Below are positions 1-14,834 of a stretch of 64,000 bases of DNA, piece by piece (the stretch's first letter is position 1; each line of letters begins with the position of its first letter). A program made the translations under genes and the position numbers. The stretch covers positions 85,870,001 to 85,934,000 of the forward strand of contig OX597814.1 of the NCBI GenBank assembly GCA_951406725.2, read 5' to 3'. Under the pieces are notes generated by a model. The model was not told where the DNA came from. It made no database searches and saw only the letters and a list, made by a program, of their open reading frames with translations. Source of the stretch: Octopus vulgaris (lineage: Eukaryota).

Positions 1-62
1 TGAAAGGTCGAGCGGAGGTGGCGAATGCGTACATCGCATCCGTCATCTATTACCGCTTGACC
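1..62 (+). pseudogene. L1/Tx1-clade LINE RT C-terminal fragment
   Basis: Manual translation from base 3 gives KGRAEVANAYIASVIYYRLT, matching the L1/Tx1 post-RT motif (LKGR..V.N..I.S...Y); cut by the window edge. Confidence 0.6.
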
Positions 63-1562
63 TCAAGTACTGAGGTCGATTTAATCGACTAAACCCTCCG
101 TTCAAAATACGCACTTATAAAATTGTCAACATTTTCAACAAAATAAAAAAAAAATCACTAACCTGGCTTTTCAGCAGAGTTCTTTACTGACACCTTTCAT
201 TTCAGGAAAGTTAGACTTTGTGGTGCAAATGTCAACCCCCAACCCCACTTAATATGTTTATTTCAATAGCGTTTAATATTACATTTATTTATTTATTTGG
301 TAATTTGATAGATTTTATAACGGTCTGTTTCTCGTATTCAGTATATGCTGAAACGCCGTTGTGTTACTTATTTTAGTGATTATTCTGAGTTAATTTTTGG
401 AATTTATCCCACATCCTACTGTAAATACTTGTTCAAAGCAGTCTCTAGTAAGGTTATTCTATTTATAATTTCAGTTTGATCTTCCCGTGTTTTCAATACA
501 TTTACTCTCAGTCTCGGAGAATTTCTGTTACGTAAATGTTATGTGTTGGTTTCAAATTTTGGCACAAAGCCACAATGTTCTTTATATATTTCAATGATTT
601 TAGTTCGCTATAAAAAATGGTTGCTTGTACTGTAATTTTCGAATGTCTTTTCTATTCGTGTTGACTCTTGCTATTTTGTAATGATTAAACTTTAGGTTGC
701 GTCTTTAGTGTGTTGAATTTATGTACGATTGTCTTACTGTTTCATCATATATTTTTACTTAATTTTCTTTACGAGTTGTCCAAGTTGTATTCCTTCTTAA
801 ATTCATCCTCATAACATAAGAACCAATTTTGTTTCTTCTTCGATCGTTGGAGTGATATAAATTTGGGATTTTTGCAGTCTTGCTTCCAGAATTTCAATTT
901 ATTTTGTGAAAGCGATCGTTCGGGGTTTTTCTTACTTGATAATCAGTAGCTTTGTATTTTCATGTACATATTATGGTTCTTTATTTTAGTAGCTCTACAT
1001 TCATGTTCATCTTATTTAAAGATGTTTGTTTCTGTGGTTTTTGTTGTTCTATGTCTTCTGTTATTGCTTTAATATGCAGTCTACAAGGTAAAATTAATGG
1101 AGTACAGTTCAGCTATTTTTCATAAATGTTAAATGAAGGGTTTATTATTGCATTTGACTATAATCCCAAAAGCAAATTTTAGTTGTTACTGATGTTTGTT
1201 CTAGATCTGCTAATTCTACTTTTAGTAAAATATGTTGAATGCCAATACTTCCTTCTTTTAAAAGTCACTGTTCTGATCTAATCATTATACTTCCAGCATG
1301 TTACATAATTCTTACATATTAAACTTGATTGCTAGTTGCTCTTCTATTTTTAATGCCGTTAGTACAAAACGCAGAAGAACAAATAGGCTGAGCTTAATCT
1401 ATAAAATAAAATACTTGACTGTCTGGAAAATTAGATCAGATAAACCAGATTGCTACTCTGCAAACGAATGATAGTACACCGGCAGCAAGTTAATTATAAG
1501 AATACTAGAAAAGTTCCGTTAAATGGACATATAGCAATATGTGCAGTAATAAGTCTACAATA

Positions 1563-1760
1563 TTGGTTTCAAATTTTGGTAAAAGGCAAGCAATTTTGGG
1601 ATAGGAGTAAGGAATAAGTCGATTACATCGGCCCCAGAGCTCAACAGGAATATATTTTATCGACCACGAAAGGTAAATTCAACTTCATTAAATAACCTCA
1701 GAATTTAAAGACAGACGAAGTGCCACTAAGTGTTTTTGCCCAGCGTGCTAACGAGTCTAC
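1563..1760 (-). mobile_element. Degenerate tRNA-derived SINE (Meta-domain-like family)
   Basis: Reverse complement resembles the intact copies at 47825 and 63074 (gttagcacgc...gtcgataaaa...gatgtaatcgactta) with the ccttgtgccaaaatttgaaacc tail type. Confidence 0.6.
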
Positions 1761-2424
1761 CTATTAAAATATTTAAGATATTTTCTATTTATAAATGTTC
1801 TGGTTTAACTATCGAGCAACAACGAATCAACAATGAAAAACAATTTAAATCTAAGCCATGTTTAAAGGACTGATTATCGATCACTGTATCGCTGATTATT
1901 ATAAAGAACACTGTTGTACAAAGACATGTCGTTGGCTTTAAAGCTTTTAAAGATATTTAGAAAACAAGCTACACATTCTCCTTGAATAGCGAACTAAATA
2001 TGACATTTTTTCGTTATTCCATATATCTGGATAAAAAAAAGATATAACTATTATTTCAATTAAAGAGATCGTGTTTTCACATACACACACGCTCATAAAT
2101 ATGCATATGTGTATATATATGAGTGAGTATATATGTGCATGCATGTATATATATGTAAGTGTATATATATATATATTGATATATACATACACACATATAT
2201 ATATATACATGCATACTTATGCGTGTGTGTGTGTGTGTGTGTATCTATTCTGTGTATTTGTATCAAACTTTCAACTTCTCTCTATGTATAGTATATATTT
2301 GTATATACCAGCATATCCTATAAACTTTTTTGGCAACATATTTTATATAGATGAATGGGTCTTAATTGTACACAGATTAAATTATTGTTGTTGTTGCTAC
2401 TGCAGCTACTATCGTTGTTGTTAC

Positions 2425-2458
<34 letters not shown>

Positions 2459-3867
2459 ATTGGTGGTGGTGGTGGTGGTGTTTGCTCAAAACATTATATT
2501 GAATTATTGTTAATTATTCCCTACTAGTGATTTTTTGTATAATATTGCAGTCACTTGCTTTGTTAAGCAGCTGGCAACAAGCGATAAGAGACAGTTTCAT
2601 GTTTATACCAATTCATTCACAGAATGGAATTTGTTGGTGGACATCAAAAATTTTTTTCTGTCATAAAAGAAGCATTGAAAAGCATCGTAGTAGTACAAAT
2701 GCCAAAAATAGGTGGAAAAGGCTCAGCCTTCGGGTTGCACATAGGTACAACGTGAAAAGAAACTGACTAAGGAAGGTGGACAAGATAGCGATCGTCCGCA
2801 TCTGTAGGTACTCTACGGAAGTTGGAATAAAGTCAATCGTTGCACGATCGCCAATAGTCTGGATGATTTTGGTGATTAAAATTTGTAAAACATGCATCAA
2901 AATAAATATTACCTCAGAGGAGGAGGTAGACTAGACTGTATCATTCAAAACAAACCCTTTCCAGTTACAATTAATAAGCATAGATGTAGTAGTTATCAGC
3001 GAGACTAGGATTTCCGGAGCGCTTTTTCTTAGTCAAAAAGCTGCTTACACATCATTTATTGAACCCAGATTGAATAAAGTGGAACTGTTGTGACGGAATA
3101 GCAGAGTCACAAGAAAAGAATAATCTTCCTGAATGAATCAGAAAAATAGGTTGGCTGTTCTCAACATGTACAATAGTGAAGATGGTGTGTTAAGAGTAAT
3201 AATCCTAGAGCGAACGACCAAATTACTTACAAATATCTCGCTTATTAGTATTAACGGGAGAGTGGGATGGCATCTTAGATACACGCTGAGATTGTGCGTA
3301 GATACTAGAAGAGAAGGAGTAAAACCTATTAAACTTACTCAAACAGTTTGAATTATTTGACAGGTATTACTTGGATTTCTTGAATTTTTCAATGTTACTT
3401 GAAAAACCAAATCTTCACACCCAGATCATACCTCGATAGAGTTTAAAGATTTTGTAAGGTAAAGTGATATGGATATCGCAGGATGCCTTGTTGGGTGGCT
3501 TGTTATGCAAGACTACAATTTTGTAAAAAGCGCGGTTAATTCAGATAAAACACAAAGAGAGTGACTAGGTCGCCGTAGAGACATCAAAGCACTGAACTAG
3601 ATTAATTAATTAGAATAACTGAAACAGAATGTTTATGTCTTCAGACAGTCCCAATAACACTTCAAGATGCGAACAACGGATTTGAACTCATAAACCAGGA
3701 ATATTATAGATAAGAGGTCATCTTGAAACAATAATCTATCATATATTATAATTTTATGTTGAGCAAACAGAAAAAAAATGTAAGTCCACGTTACACATTG
3801 CATATAAAATAATTGTACATCACATATGCACATATTCCCTTCGTACATACAGTACTCACACATACAC

Positions 3868-3904
<37 letters not shown>

Positions 3905-4305
3905 ACACACATACACACACAAATTCTAGAGTGCATCAGACTGATCGACACATTATTTTTCTTCTAACCACTTCTTTAACCTGTCCAAAGAAAGCGCACT
4001 GATCACCTCATATGCATTCTATTTTTTTTACTTCTCATTCTTAGTGTATTTTATTGTTGGTCTTCTGCTTTCCCCCCTCTATTTAATCCCAATTCCCTGC
4101 AAGCATTATATCATAGCTATCAGATTCCCACATCGGTCCTAGTCCTTTGGGAGTTGCAATGTCAAATTATTTACTATTATGTGTGTGTGCCTATATACAT
4201 ACATACATACATACATACATACATACATACACATATGTGTGTGAGTGTGTGTGTGTGTATGTATGTATATATTATGCATATATGTATGTATATGTTTGTG
4301 TGTGA

Positions 4306-4358
<53 letters not shown>

Positions 4359-4503
4359 CAGGCATATATGTAAGTATATATATCAATATATGTATGAATG
4401 TATGCATGTATTTTGAATTCTCTTCACTTTCTTTTCGGTATTTTCATTGATCAAAGTATGTCAGTAACCAATGGTACAGTAAAGCTACTTTTGGCAAACT
4501 ATC

Positions 4504-4534
<31 letters not shown>

Positions 4535-4652
4535 TGTGTATGCATGTATGCGTATATGTGTATCCGCGTACTTGGTATAGAATTGAATATACTACTCTGT
4601 GTATGTGTGTGTATACGTGCATACTAATACCTATCTAAATGTATCCGTTTAT

Positions 4653-4705
<53 letters not shown>

Positions 4706-4958
4706 CATACACACACAAACAAAGAAACAAACACACACAGTGACACAAGCAAACAAACAAACACTCAAACAAGCAAACACGTGGGATACAATAAAAAGTG
4801 TTATTGTTATCTTCGTCGCTCCATAACGCAGGTAACAGTTTTTCTTGCGTGGTTTTGCTTCAGAATTAATATAACAATATTGCAACGTATTTATTTATTT
4901 ATTCATTTATTTATTTATTTATTCATCGGGAGGACTAGGGATGCTGTTTCATTTTGTC

Positions 4959-4992
<34 letters not shown>

Positions 4993-5484
4993 TTGTTGCG
5001 TTGTTTATTATTGTTGTGTTGTTTGGCAGATATCGTTATTCATGATAGCGATTGTTTTTGCGACAGTTTTATTTGTTGCTTTTTGTTTTGTTTTTTGTTT
5101 TTGTTATTGTTTTGTGGGCTTTGGCTCCTTTTTTTTTCTTCATTTTCTCTCCCTTATGACAAGTCTTGTCAAAGATAGCCACACACAACTCTTCCGAACT
5201 TCATGCCATATTTTTTTTTTATTTTCTCTCTCCATTCCATTTCTCTCGCTCTCTCTCTCTCTCACTCTCTATTCCTCTCTTTTTCACTTCCACCATTCTC
5301 ACTCACACTCCCTATCTGTTTCTCTCTCATTCTTTCTTACCCACCTCTCTCTTTTCCTCTCTCTCTCTCTCCCTCTTACTTTAGAAATCTCCCCTGAGAA
5401 CAGTATGACCATTACACAATCGTATTTATCCTTTCCTCGCACGAAAAGAGATCTAGCATCATACAACAACAAGGGCAATAATAA

Positions 5485-5655
5485 TTCTTTCTACTAAAGG
5501 CACCAGGCCTGAATTCTTGGGGGAACGGGCTAGTTCATTACATCGATCTCAGTGCTCAACTGGAACTCAGTTTATCGACCACAAAAAGATGAAAGATAAA
5601 GTCGACCTCGGCGGAATTTGAACTCAAAATGAAAAGACACACGAAATGCTGAGAG
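5485..5655 (-). mobile_element. Degenerate SINE (Meta-domain-like family)
   Basis: Contains aagtcgacctcggcggaatttgaactca, the reverse complement of the family B-box/core. Confidence 0.65.
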
Positions 5656-6580
5656 CATCCAGAGAGCGCAAACCTCCGCCAAGGCAACACCAACGTCCTC
5701 TCAACGATTAGCCAGAGATGATTTTTAAAATGAGGATATCCAAAATAATCTCGACTGCTCTCAGAAACGAGAATACTGAAAATGAACCCGACCGCTCTCA
5801 AAAATTAAGTTAAAAAAAAACCGGGAAAATAATCTAAAATCCTTGTCCGGTACCTGATCGATCCCATTGGTAGTCATGGAATGTGAAGGTGCCTGTTGAA
5901 AATTTAGTAACAGTAATAAATAGTTTATCCTTATCTAATACAAGCCAAAGTTAACAAATTCACCATTCAAAATAGTTTCAAAGCCGAAGGCAACAATAAT
6001 AAGTTCTACTCAGTAATTTTTAAATGAATAGCAAGAGACCTTTTGGTTTCCTCTTCTCTTAAATTCCGGCTTCTTTTAGTATTCCTGTTGTTTTAGATCG
6101 ATGTATGTAAATATGTAAGTTTACTGTAAAGTGTTAATATGTACGTATAATATATAATATATATTATAAAGATATGTGAGTGATATTTAATTTCTGAATG
6201 GTTTTGCTGCCGTTTGTTTATGTAGTTTGATTTCTTTATCCACCAATTTCTGGTAAGATAGAGACGCGAGTAAAATTAATAATAGAGAAACGAATATAAA
6301 ACTTTGGAAAGAAGCCTAAAGGGAGATAATTGAGGAAGACTTGAAAGAGAACGTAAGATCATAACCTTGTAAAGTAAAGTAAATATAACAAATAATCTAG
6401 AATCCTTGTCCGGTACCAGATCGATTCCAAAATTTAATCAGTTCGTGCTAGTGACGAGGCCAAATATCCCTGAAAGTTTCATCCGAATCCATCCAGCAGT
6501 TCTTGAGATATCTTATCCACAGACAAACAAAAACACACTATTGGAAACAATAACCCCACTTTCGCTAAGTCACAGGTAAT
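5650..6580 (+). mobile_element. Non-autonomous Helentron/HINE (DINE-1-like) element
   Basis: 5' gagagcgcaaacctccgccaagg subterminal motif; duplicated internal core aataatcta(a/g)aatccttgtccggtacc (~5829 and ~6391); aaagtttcatccgaatccatcc...gagatatc...acagacaaacaa; degenerate 3' hairpin ending aggtaataata. Family call is from recalled similarity. Confidence 0.55.
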
Positions 6581-6911
6581 AATAGTAATAATTATTAGGG
6601 ATGCATATCACACAAGTGCAACGAATCTCTGCAGAATGCGTAGGAAGAGGATGGAAAGTGTGACTTACATTGTTAGTGCCTGTGAAAGTCTTGCACAGAA
6701 AGAGTATAAGCGCACACACAAGGTAAACCATGGATACGTGGTAACAGGTACTCGGTACTAACATACACTGGAAAAGGTAATGGACGAAAAGTGGAAGGCA
6801 AAAATACTCTGAGACTTTCCGTACATCACGTAGTAGAAAGTTTATGTTGCGCGGCACAACACCATTGGTGAAGACTTAATGTAGGAACTCACTAAATTTA
6901 TAACAAGTGAA

Positions 6912-7535
6912 GGCGGCGAGCTAGCAGAATTGTTAGCACACCGGGCGAAATGCTTAGCGGTATTTCGTCTTCCGCTGCGTTGTGAGTTCAAATTCCGCCG
7001 AGGTCGACTTTGCTTTTCATCCTTTCGGGGTCGATAAATTAAGTACCAGCTACGCACTGGGGTCGATATAATCGACTTAATCCGTTTGTCTGTCCTTGCT
7101 TGTCCTATCTGTGTTTAGCCCCTTGTGGATAGTAAAAAAATAGGTATTTCGTCTGCTGCTACGTTCTGAGTTCAAATTCTGCCGAGGTCGACTTTGCCTT
7201 TCATCCTTTCGGGGTCGATAAATTAAGTACCAGTTACACACTGGGATCGATGTAATCGACTTAATCCGTTTGTCCTTGTTTGTCCCCTCTATGTTTTGCT
7301 CCTTGTGGGCAATAAAGAAATAAGAATCGTTAGTACACCGAAGAAAACGATAAACGGTATTTTTTTTGGTGGTGGGGGGGTCTCTTTATGTTCCGAGTTC
7401 AAATATCACCGAGTTCGACTTCACCTTTTGCATTTTCGGAGTCGATAAAATAAATACCAATTGAGCACTGAGGACGATACATTAGACCAGGCCTCTGTCC
7501 TCATAACTTCAGACCTTGTGCTTATTGTAGAAAGA
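6912..7535 (+). mobile_element. Nested trimer of Meta-domain-like SINEs
   Basis: Full copy 6912-7142, 5'-truncated copy 7143-7322, older copy 7323-7535; A box tagcagaattg, B box gagttcaaattc, core tttcatcctttcggggtcgataaattaagtaccag. Confidence 0.85.
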
Positions 7536-8036
7536 AAGAAAAAAAATTAGATCAACCGCAAATACATTGATCATTCACAATCTATATGATGCTAGATAAG
7601 CTCATAATCTCTTAAAGTGAATTATGAAACATGCCCAAATGTGGGATCCACGTGTGTTTCAAATTTAATTGTAAACGAATGTTAATGATTAATGTTGTGA
7701 GTTGTTCTCATTGAAGTGTGATGTTGGTAATAGTGTAAACAATGAGGGATTATTAAGGATTAACATGAAAGGACGGAGTTCCGTTCACACCTGTTTGAAT
7801 TGTATATGAAACATGTCGCACAATGTACTTGCTGACAGGATATTCCTGTTATAATTCCATGAAAGTTGCAACAGTCGTAAATAGCACAGTCCTAAATAGC
7901 ACTCTAATCTAGCACATTTTAGAACCATACACACATATGAATATATCTATAGGAGCGTGTTGCGTGCCTGTGTGTGCATGTATGTGTGAGAGCATGCGTG
8001 TGTGTGTCTCTCTCTCCCTGTACATATATATATATA

Positions 8037-8119
<83 letters not shown>

Positions 8120-8126
8120 GTATATG

Positions 8127-8218
<92 letters not shown>

Positions 8219-8762
8219 AACACGCACGCGCACATATACACACACAAACATATATATATATTTGAGTACTTTTGAGTATATACCAAACTTCTATCACAAT
8301 AGAGAGAGGAAAAGAAATTACATAGAAATAGTTTAATATTTATACATATTATATACTTAAATATTAACTTCTTAGATGGTATCTATGGAGATTGATCAAT
8401 TGGCAATTACTGGTATTTAATAAAGGAGCACTGAGGCGAAAAAACATGCTAACTATATATGAATTAAATTATAATCTAAGCAGTTTATTTTAAGTTGTGA
8501 AGATACCAGTATTATTTTATATAAGCTAAGTATGAATTTATAGGTGTACAAAAATTAGGTTTATTTCATAAAGGCAATTATAAAGTATTATCGGGTAGGG
8601 TAGAACACCATAGAAAAGGAATAAAATAGCTTAATCACAAAAAACCATGATGAAGTATATATACCTTAGTAACATCAATAGAGAAGACGTATAGAAAATG
8701 TATAATTCAAGTATTTAAACTAAAAATTGTGTATTTACTTATCTAGCTTGTATCTATAAAGA

Positions 8763-8810
<48 letters not shown>

Positions 8811-8816
<6 letters not shown>

Positions 8817-9110
8817 GCGGTGAATAAATTGTCGTCTAAATTAAGCAAAAATGAAAATAACACTGACATCTTGTTTTAACAGAAATATTTACCAAAATTA
8901 CATAAAGATATCTTGAAATACTAAAGAGTAAATTTATTCAATAAAATCTCCATTGGCTTCAACCATTGCCTCCAGATGACTTCGGAATCTTTTGCAACTC
9001 TTCTGAACGGTCTCCTTGTTTAAGTCGTGAATGCTGCTATAATCCTTGCCTTCAGTTCATCTTTGATATTGCAAGCAGTTTTGTTGGTCTTTCGCTCAAT
9101 TGCGCCACAC
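8811..9110 (-). mobile_element. 3' end of a Tc1/mariner-superfamily transposon (transposase C-terminus + TIR)
   Basis: Minus-strand translation with a frameshift gives ERKTNKTACNIKDELKARIIAAF..LNKETVQKSCKRFRSHLEAMVEANGDFIE* (stop ~8934); terminal cagagtgcggtgaataaattg looks like a TIR. Confidence 0.75.
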
Positions 9111-10394
9111 AGCTTTTAAGCTAGCATTTATATATAAAGCAGGGGTTGTGTGTCTGTGTGTGGTGCATATATTCCTTATGGATTCGAAAACTGAATTGCC
9201 GGTTTTGACATATGAGGTATAGAAAGATTCAGTAATCCTTCGGATACCAAATGAAAAATGTTTTTTGCTCAACTCTTTTTTACTACAAAAATGAAGCTCG
9301 ACAACGAGGTCGAGTGGCACAATTTTGTGGTCATTTTCGGGCAATATTTGGATTTATCCCTAATCTACAATGCCATTTTGGTATCAAAAATGTAGCAGTA
9401 TAGAAGAAGTGTTATGAGTGCATTTGTAATGCACAAAATACCATTTGTCAAAAAAAAACATGCTTTTTTGAACAATTATTGGCACATTTTCCGTCAATAA
9501 TGGCCTTTGTGCCACAACTAAACTTCCAATGTGAACTTCTTCAGTATGCCATGATTAAACAATTTCTTTGAAGTATTGTGATACCATTTCTTTGCACAAA
9601 GCCCTATTTGTAACAAAAAATTGACTAATGAACCGTGTTTCTGGCATAATTGTGATCGCTTCTAGCATCACCACCAAAAACAATTTGTCCATGTAGATTT
9701 CCTTGGTAGCAAACGACTCAGGAATGCCAAACGAGCGGTCTCATGTTAAAATTTCCCCAAGGATTAAGCACAGTAAGAACCTATAATTCGTGCAAGTGTG
9801 GTAAAGACGTGAAGCAATGACTAAAACTTTTCAAGCTTTTTTGCCTTTAACATTTTCCCCTTTATTCAATCCAATTTATGCAAAATTACTAATCGTTATT
9901 AGTATATAGTCATGCCTATTATTCATTCCATAAGCCACAAAGTACGTAAGGATTTTGCTACAGTCTCCCTATTTTTCAGAGTGGTTGAGCGGGTGGTGCA
10001 ATGGAAAACAAATGTCTAACCTGATAACTTCAGTAAAGACAACAACAACATCACGCATCTATGCGAGGGAAATTTAAGGCCACATACACACATGAGTCCC
10101 TCCACGGTGCGTGTCCCTTCATCGGTCGGGATGCACACCGTGTTCACTAATTGGTACAATTTCAAATCAATTTTTCCTTCTCATAGACATTTACTGCAAT
10201 ACCAGTTGGTTGTGGTATTATAGTTATCAACGACCCGGGTAACAACGAAGTGCTTGAGTGTGATGCGTGCGTTCCGCTTGAACTCAAAAATTGGGTATAT
10301 GTACATAATATAATGATTTAAGTGCGGGATTGTGTCCAGTTTATTTTTTTCGCCCACGTTATTAAAAAAAGTCATATTACTTTGAAGAAATTAT

Positions 10395-10898
10395 AAATGA
10401 ATATTAATTTTTTTTTTAATATGAAGTTTATTTGTATATTAAACATAAATTACAATGCTTAATATTACAAGATTCGCTTCTGTTTTAAATGTCAACTTCC
10501 GTTTGAATTCCGTATGTAAACAAATATTTTTTTCTTCGCGTTCGTAAAAAATGTAATAAAGTGAAAAAAATTATTTTTAACCGTATTACATAATGCAAAA
10601 AACAACAAACCGTATTTATAGAATTAAGTTTTCAAATTGTGTTAGACTGTGGTCATACTGGGGTACCACCTTGAAATTATTTAATCAATAAAAATCATTT
10701 CCATTACTTAATCTTCAAGTCTGTTTCTTATTTTATCGTTCTAAGTTACAGGACATAAACACAAATACAGATACGCAAATATAATGAATATATTATGTGA
10801 TTATTAAACTATAAAGTTTATTTGTATAGTAGGCATAAATGATATTACTTAATATAAGATTCGCTTCTGTTTCAAATTTTTAAATGTCAATTTCCGTT
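10395..10898. repeat. Imperfect ~100-bp direct repeat (10395-10503 / 10784-10898) upstream of the Helitron
   Basis: Both copies contain aagtttatttgtata...cataaat...cttaatat...aagattcgcttctgtt...ttttaaatgtcaa(c/t)ttccgtt. Confidence 0.6.
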
Positions 10899-11249
10899 AT
10901 TATGACTTTCTATATTAATATAGATAGATAGAAAGAGATAGAGACACTGTGGAAAAGTCAACATGACACAACGAAAACATTTCTCTTCTAAATCTCAACG
11001 TTTGGCGGCAGATGAACAACGGCAAAGAGAGAGGAGGGTAATTCAGTCCAACAATAATCGCTCTATAACATCTCAACAAATGCCTGCAAATGTAATTTAC
11101 CACATCAACAACAACTTGCAGCAAATATAACAAACGTTCAGAGAAAAATGAACAGGTCAATTGAAGGCCTGGCAAAGAATCTTACTGATGAACCTTTCTA
11201 GAAACAAAATGTTTTTCATATAATTCCACAACATAATACAGGAAGTCTC

Positions 11250-13218
11250 TTTTCATCTGTTTGTCTCTACTGCTTCCAAGGAAAAGTGAAACTCGCTCAA
11301 TTATCTCCTCCTCCACCAAATATACTGAAATATATCATTAAAGCAGGAAATTCTTAAACGTGCATATAATAATGTGCTTGCCTTAGCTTCACTTGGTTGC
11401 AAAGAGATTAGAGTACCAGGATTTAGTTTCACATTTAAGATCCAAAGCAAGGTTTATCATATTATTTGATCACTACTTCCAAGTGATGCTTCGCCCAAGT
11501 TTGCGCAGCTCTTCTTCTTTGATACAAATAATGAGCTTCAGAATCGCTTGAAGCATGGACTTGCAAGAAGATTTGCACTATTACAACACATACAAAGCTT
11601 CAAAGCATTCATTGAATTGCCAGACCTCGAAAATGTGAATATTGTTCTAGATGCTGAAAAGAAGATAAAACCCACTGATTCTAATTGTCGCACATACAAT
11701 TTTCCCATGGCATCTGAGATTGCTGTTATTCAACCTGATACAGCATTAGGTCTCTTGGGTGTCATTCTTTATAAAAGAGATGATGGTCTTCAGAGGATTC
11801 ATCAGTTGCACCGTCCTTATGATCCTCTGCATTATGTGTTAGTTTCCTTGGGGAAGAATGGGTTTTAGGTTGGTTTAAAAAGGGTTGACAACAACCACAC
11901 ACACACACATCCATTGATTTTTACTGTTATCGGTTACAGGTTAGACAAGGCGACTATAACATGAAGAGCAGGCGACTCAAGCAGCAATATGCTGTAGATG
12001 TCCAGTCAAAAATAGAACATTGTCGCCTTACTTGGGCCCAAAATAATCAAACCCTGCTGATACTAGCTGAAAAGTATAAAGGTTTTATGATGCTGTGGCT
12101 GAAGAATATTCAGCAAATGCAGGCCGAAAAATGGTTCTTCCACTTTCAATCTATGGTTCCTCTCGCTTCTACAATGGGTGCTTTCAGAACTCAATGACTG
12201 TGGTTCAACACAAAGGAAAGCCATCTTATTTCATCACAGTAACAACCAGCTGTGTGTGTGGTTGTTTCATTGGGATGAAATAAAAAATAGTCTGCACTCC
12301 GGTGAAGAACCTAGGAACCATCCTGATATTTGTACAAGAGTCTTCAAGATCAAGTATGACAGCCTCATAGATGATATACTAAAACAAAATGTCTTGGGAA
12401 AAGTAGTGGCTCATTCTGCCACAATAGAATGGCAATAACGCGGCTTCACTCATGCTCATATTCTGCTGATAATGACTGAAGACAGCAAGCCCAAAACTGC
12501 AGATGCCATTGAACTGGTAGTTTATGGTGATATTCCCGATAAAGTGACTAATCCAATACTTCATAAGATCATTACATCCTGCAACATTCATGACCCATGT
12601 GGACAAGCTATTATGATGTCTTCATGTATGGAAGGGCTAGGACAACAATGCCATTGCCCTAAAGGTTATCCTAAGGCATTCAGACAAGCCACATTTGTTG
12701 CCGAAAATTTATTTCCTGAATATAGAAGTGATAGACAGTATGGTGGTCATACCCATACAATCCAAATTAGAGGTCAAGAATTTACCGTTGATAATCGTTG
12801 GATTGTTCCATACAGCCCTTTCCTGTCATTGAGATATCAGTTCGACACCACTTGTAAGGTTGTCCACAGTGTCAAGGCTATTAAGTATTTATATATATAC
12901 ATCACGAAAGGACCAGACAAGATCATTTTCACTATTAAGGATGATGAAGGTAATTGTGTTCATGCCCAAAATAAAATTGAAACTTATATTAATGCATGGT
13001 ACATCTCAGCCAGTGGAGCATTCTGGAGAATTTATAAATTTCCGTTACATCTACACAAACCCCCAGTTGAGAATCTGCTTTGCCATTTACCTGACGAACT
13101 AATGGTAGTGTATCAGCGAGGACAGGAAGAAAGTGTTGTTTCTAGGAGACAACCAGTGACTAAGCTGACTGAATATTTCCAACTGAATATTAGGGATCCA
13201 CTGGCAAAAAAGAAATTG

Positions 13219-13220
<2 letters not shown>
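11250..13220 (+). pseudogene. Helitron Rep (HUH/Y2 rolling-circle initiator) domain, disrupted, helicase absent
   Basis: Across frames: YNNVLALASLG, FKIQSKVYH, PKFAQLFFFD, YNFPMASEIAV, YDPLHYVL, GKPSYFITVT (motif I), EWQ*RGFTHAHIL (HUH), HDPCG, CPKGYPK, VDNRWIVPYSP, AIKYLYIYITKGPD (Y2), WRIYKFPLH; several frameshifts and stops; ends at (TA)n 13220. Confidence 0.92.
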
Positions 13221-13271
<51 letters not shown>

Positions 13272-13577
13272 CAGAATCTACTTATCTCGTTTTGAAGAAC
13301 ATTTTTATTCGCCAATGAAACGCAGTCTTGCATAAAAAGGATGAGGTGAAACTCAGGTTAATGTCGAAGGAAAATCTTGTTATTTTTATTATTATCTTTA
13401 CTATGCATTTTCATTATTATTCTTTATGCTTGTATATATGAATATAAATGTGTATGCTTGTATACATAAAATCGACATGTAGCACAATTCTATAAACGTA
13501 CCTATGTGTGTATTTATATACATACATTACACATATATATACACATATATATATATAATATATGTATACTTACGTAG

Positions 13578-13612
<35 letters not shown>

Positions 13613-13927
13613 ATGCATGTATGTGTGTATGTAGGTATGTATGTATGTGTATGTATGTATACATATTTAAGTACACATACATACACACACACATTTATAA
13701 TATCTGTATATATGTTATATTTATCTTACTAATTATTTGCTTCATTTCACAAATGATAATTATCATGAGCATAACTTAATTGTGTATATATGTATACAAA
13801 TATATGAACGAGTGTATGCGGATTAATATCTGTACGCACACACACACATGCATGTATATGTGTGCATTTATGCATATATTTTATGCATATAATATATCTA
13901 TATTTTTGTGTACAGAATGTATATTTA

Positions 13928-13960
<33 letters not shown>

Positions 13961-14803
13961 ATGCGTGTATAGATCCCTATAGATATACGCACAATAAAAT
14001 TATGTTCAGATTGTTATTATTTGTGAAATTAAACAAGTAATTAGTGAGGTGAAAGTTGCGATGTGGAGATGTTGGGATCTCGGGGCATGGGTGTGTTTAG
14101 CGAAGAAAGGGAATGTGACACCAATTAAGACCACACCTGTACAGACGAGCAAAAGGATCAACATCTTTCTCTCGACATCACATCAACTGCCATCCTCACA
14201 CTCGCGACGTCTATGACGACTACCACCACCACCATCACCACCACCAAAATAATCATCGTTACCAATCACCGCCATCATCACCCCTAACACACCTCACCAT
14301 CACCATTATCAACATCATTAACATCACCCCCGCTATTACCATCACCATCATCACGAACCCTACTACTAACACAGTTACCATCAGTAAGAACATAAAACAA
14401 CACCAACTTCAACACTACCACTACCATATTAAGAATACTACGAGCCAACAAAGGACTCACACAGTGGGCATCCTACCCACTAGAAATAACAACCGAAATC
14501 TCTGAAATGAAACACTGCTTCTAAATAATGAATGATTGATGACCGTAAATGGAATGTCTTTCACTATAAATATGCTCAACCAGGGCTGATCTGAAACTAA
14601 TGAAACGCAATATCAAAACTAATACTGTATAACTTCTAGGTGAGACAACTTTTACCAGATTTCATGTCAGTTTTAGCACCGCATATTAACACATATATCT
14701 GCAAATACACTGACAAAATTATATTCAATTACACGCATTTAAAGTCATACACACATACATACATACATACATACATACATACATACATACATACATACAT
14801 ACA

Positions 14804-14834
<31 letters not shown>

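Noticed and set aside
9110-9960. Possible helicase relic (GQIVFGGDAR on the minus strand)
   Set aside because: Only a single weak motif; no other PIF1 motifs were recoverable by eye.
11183-11215. CTGATGA...GAAAC hammerhead-like core
   Set aside because: No stem II pairing between the core halves.
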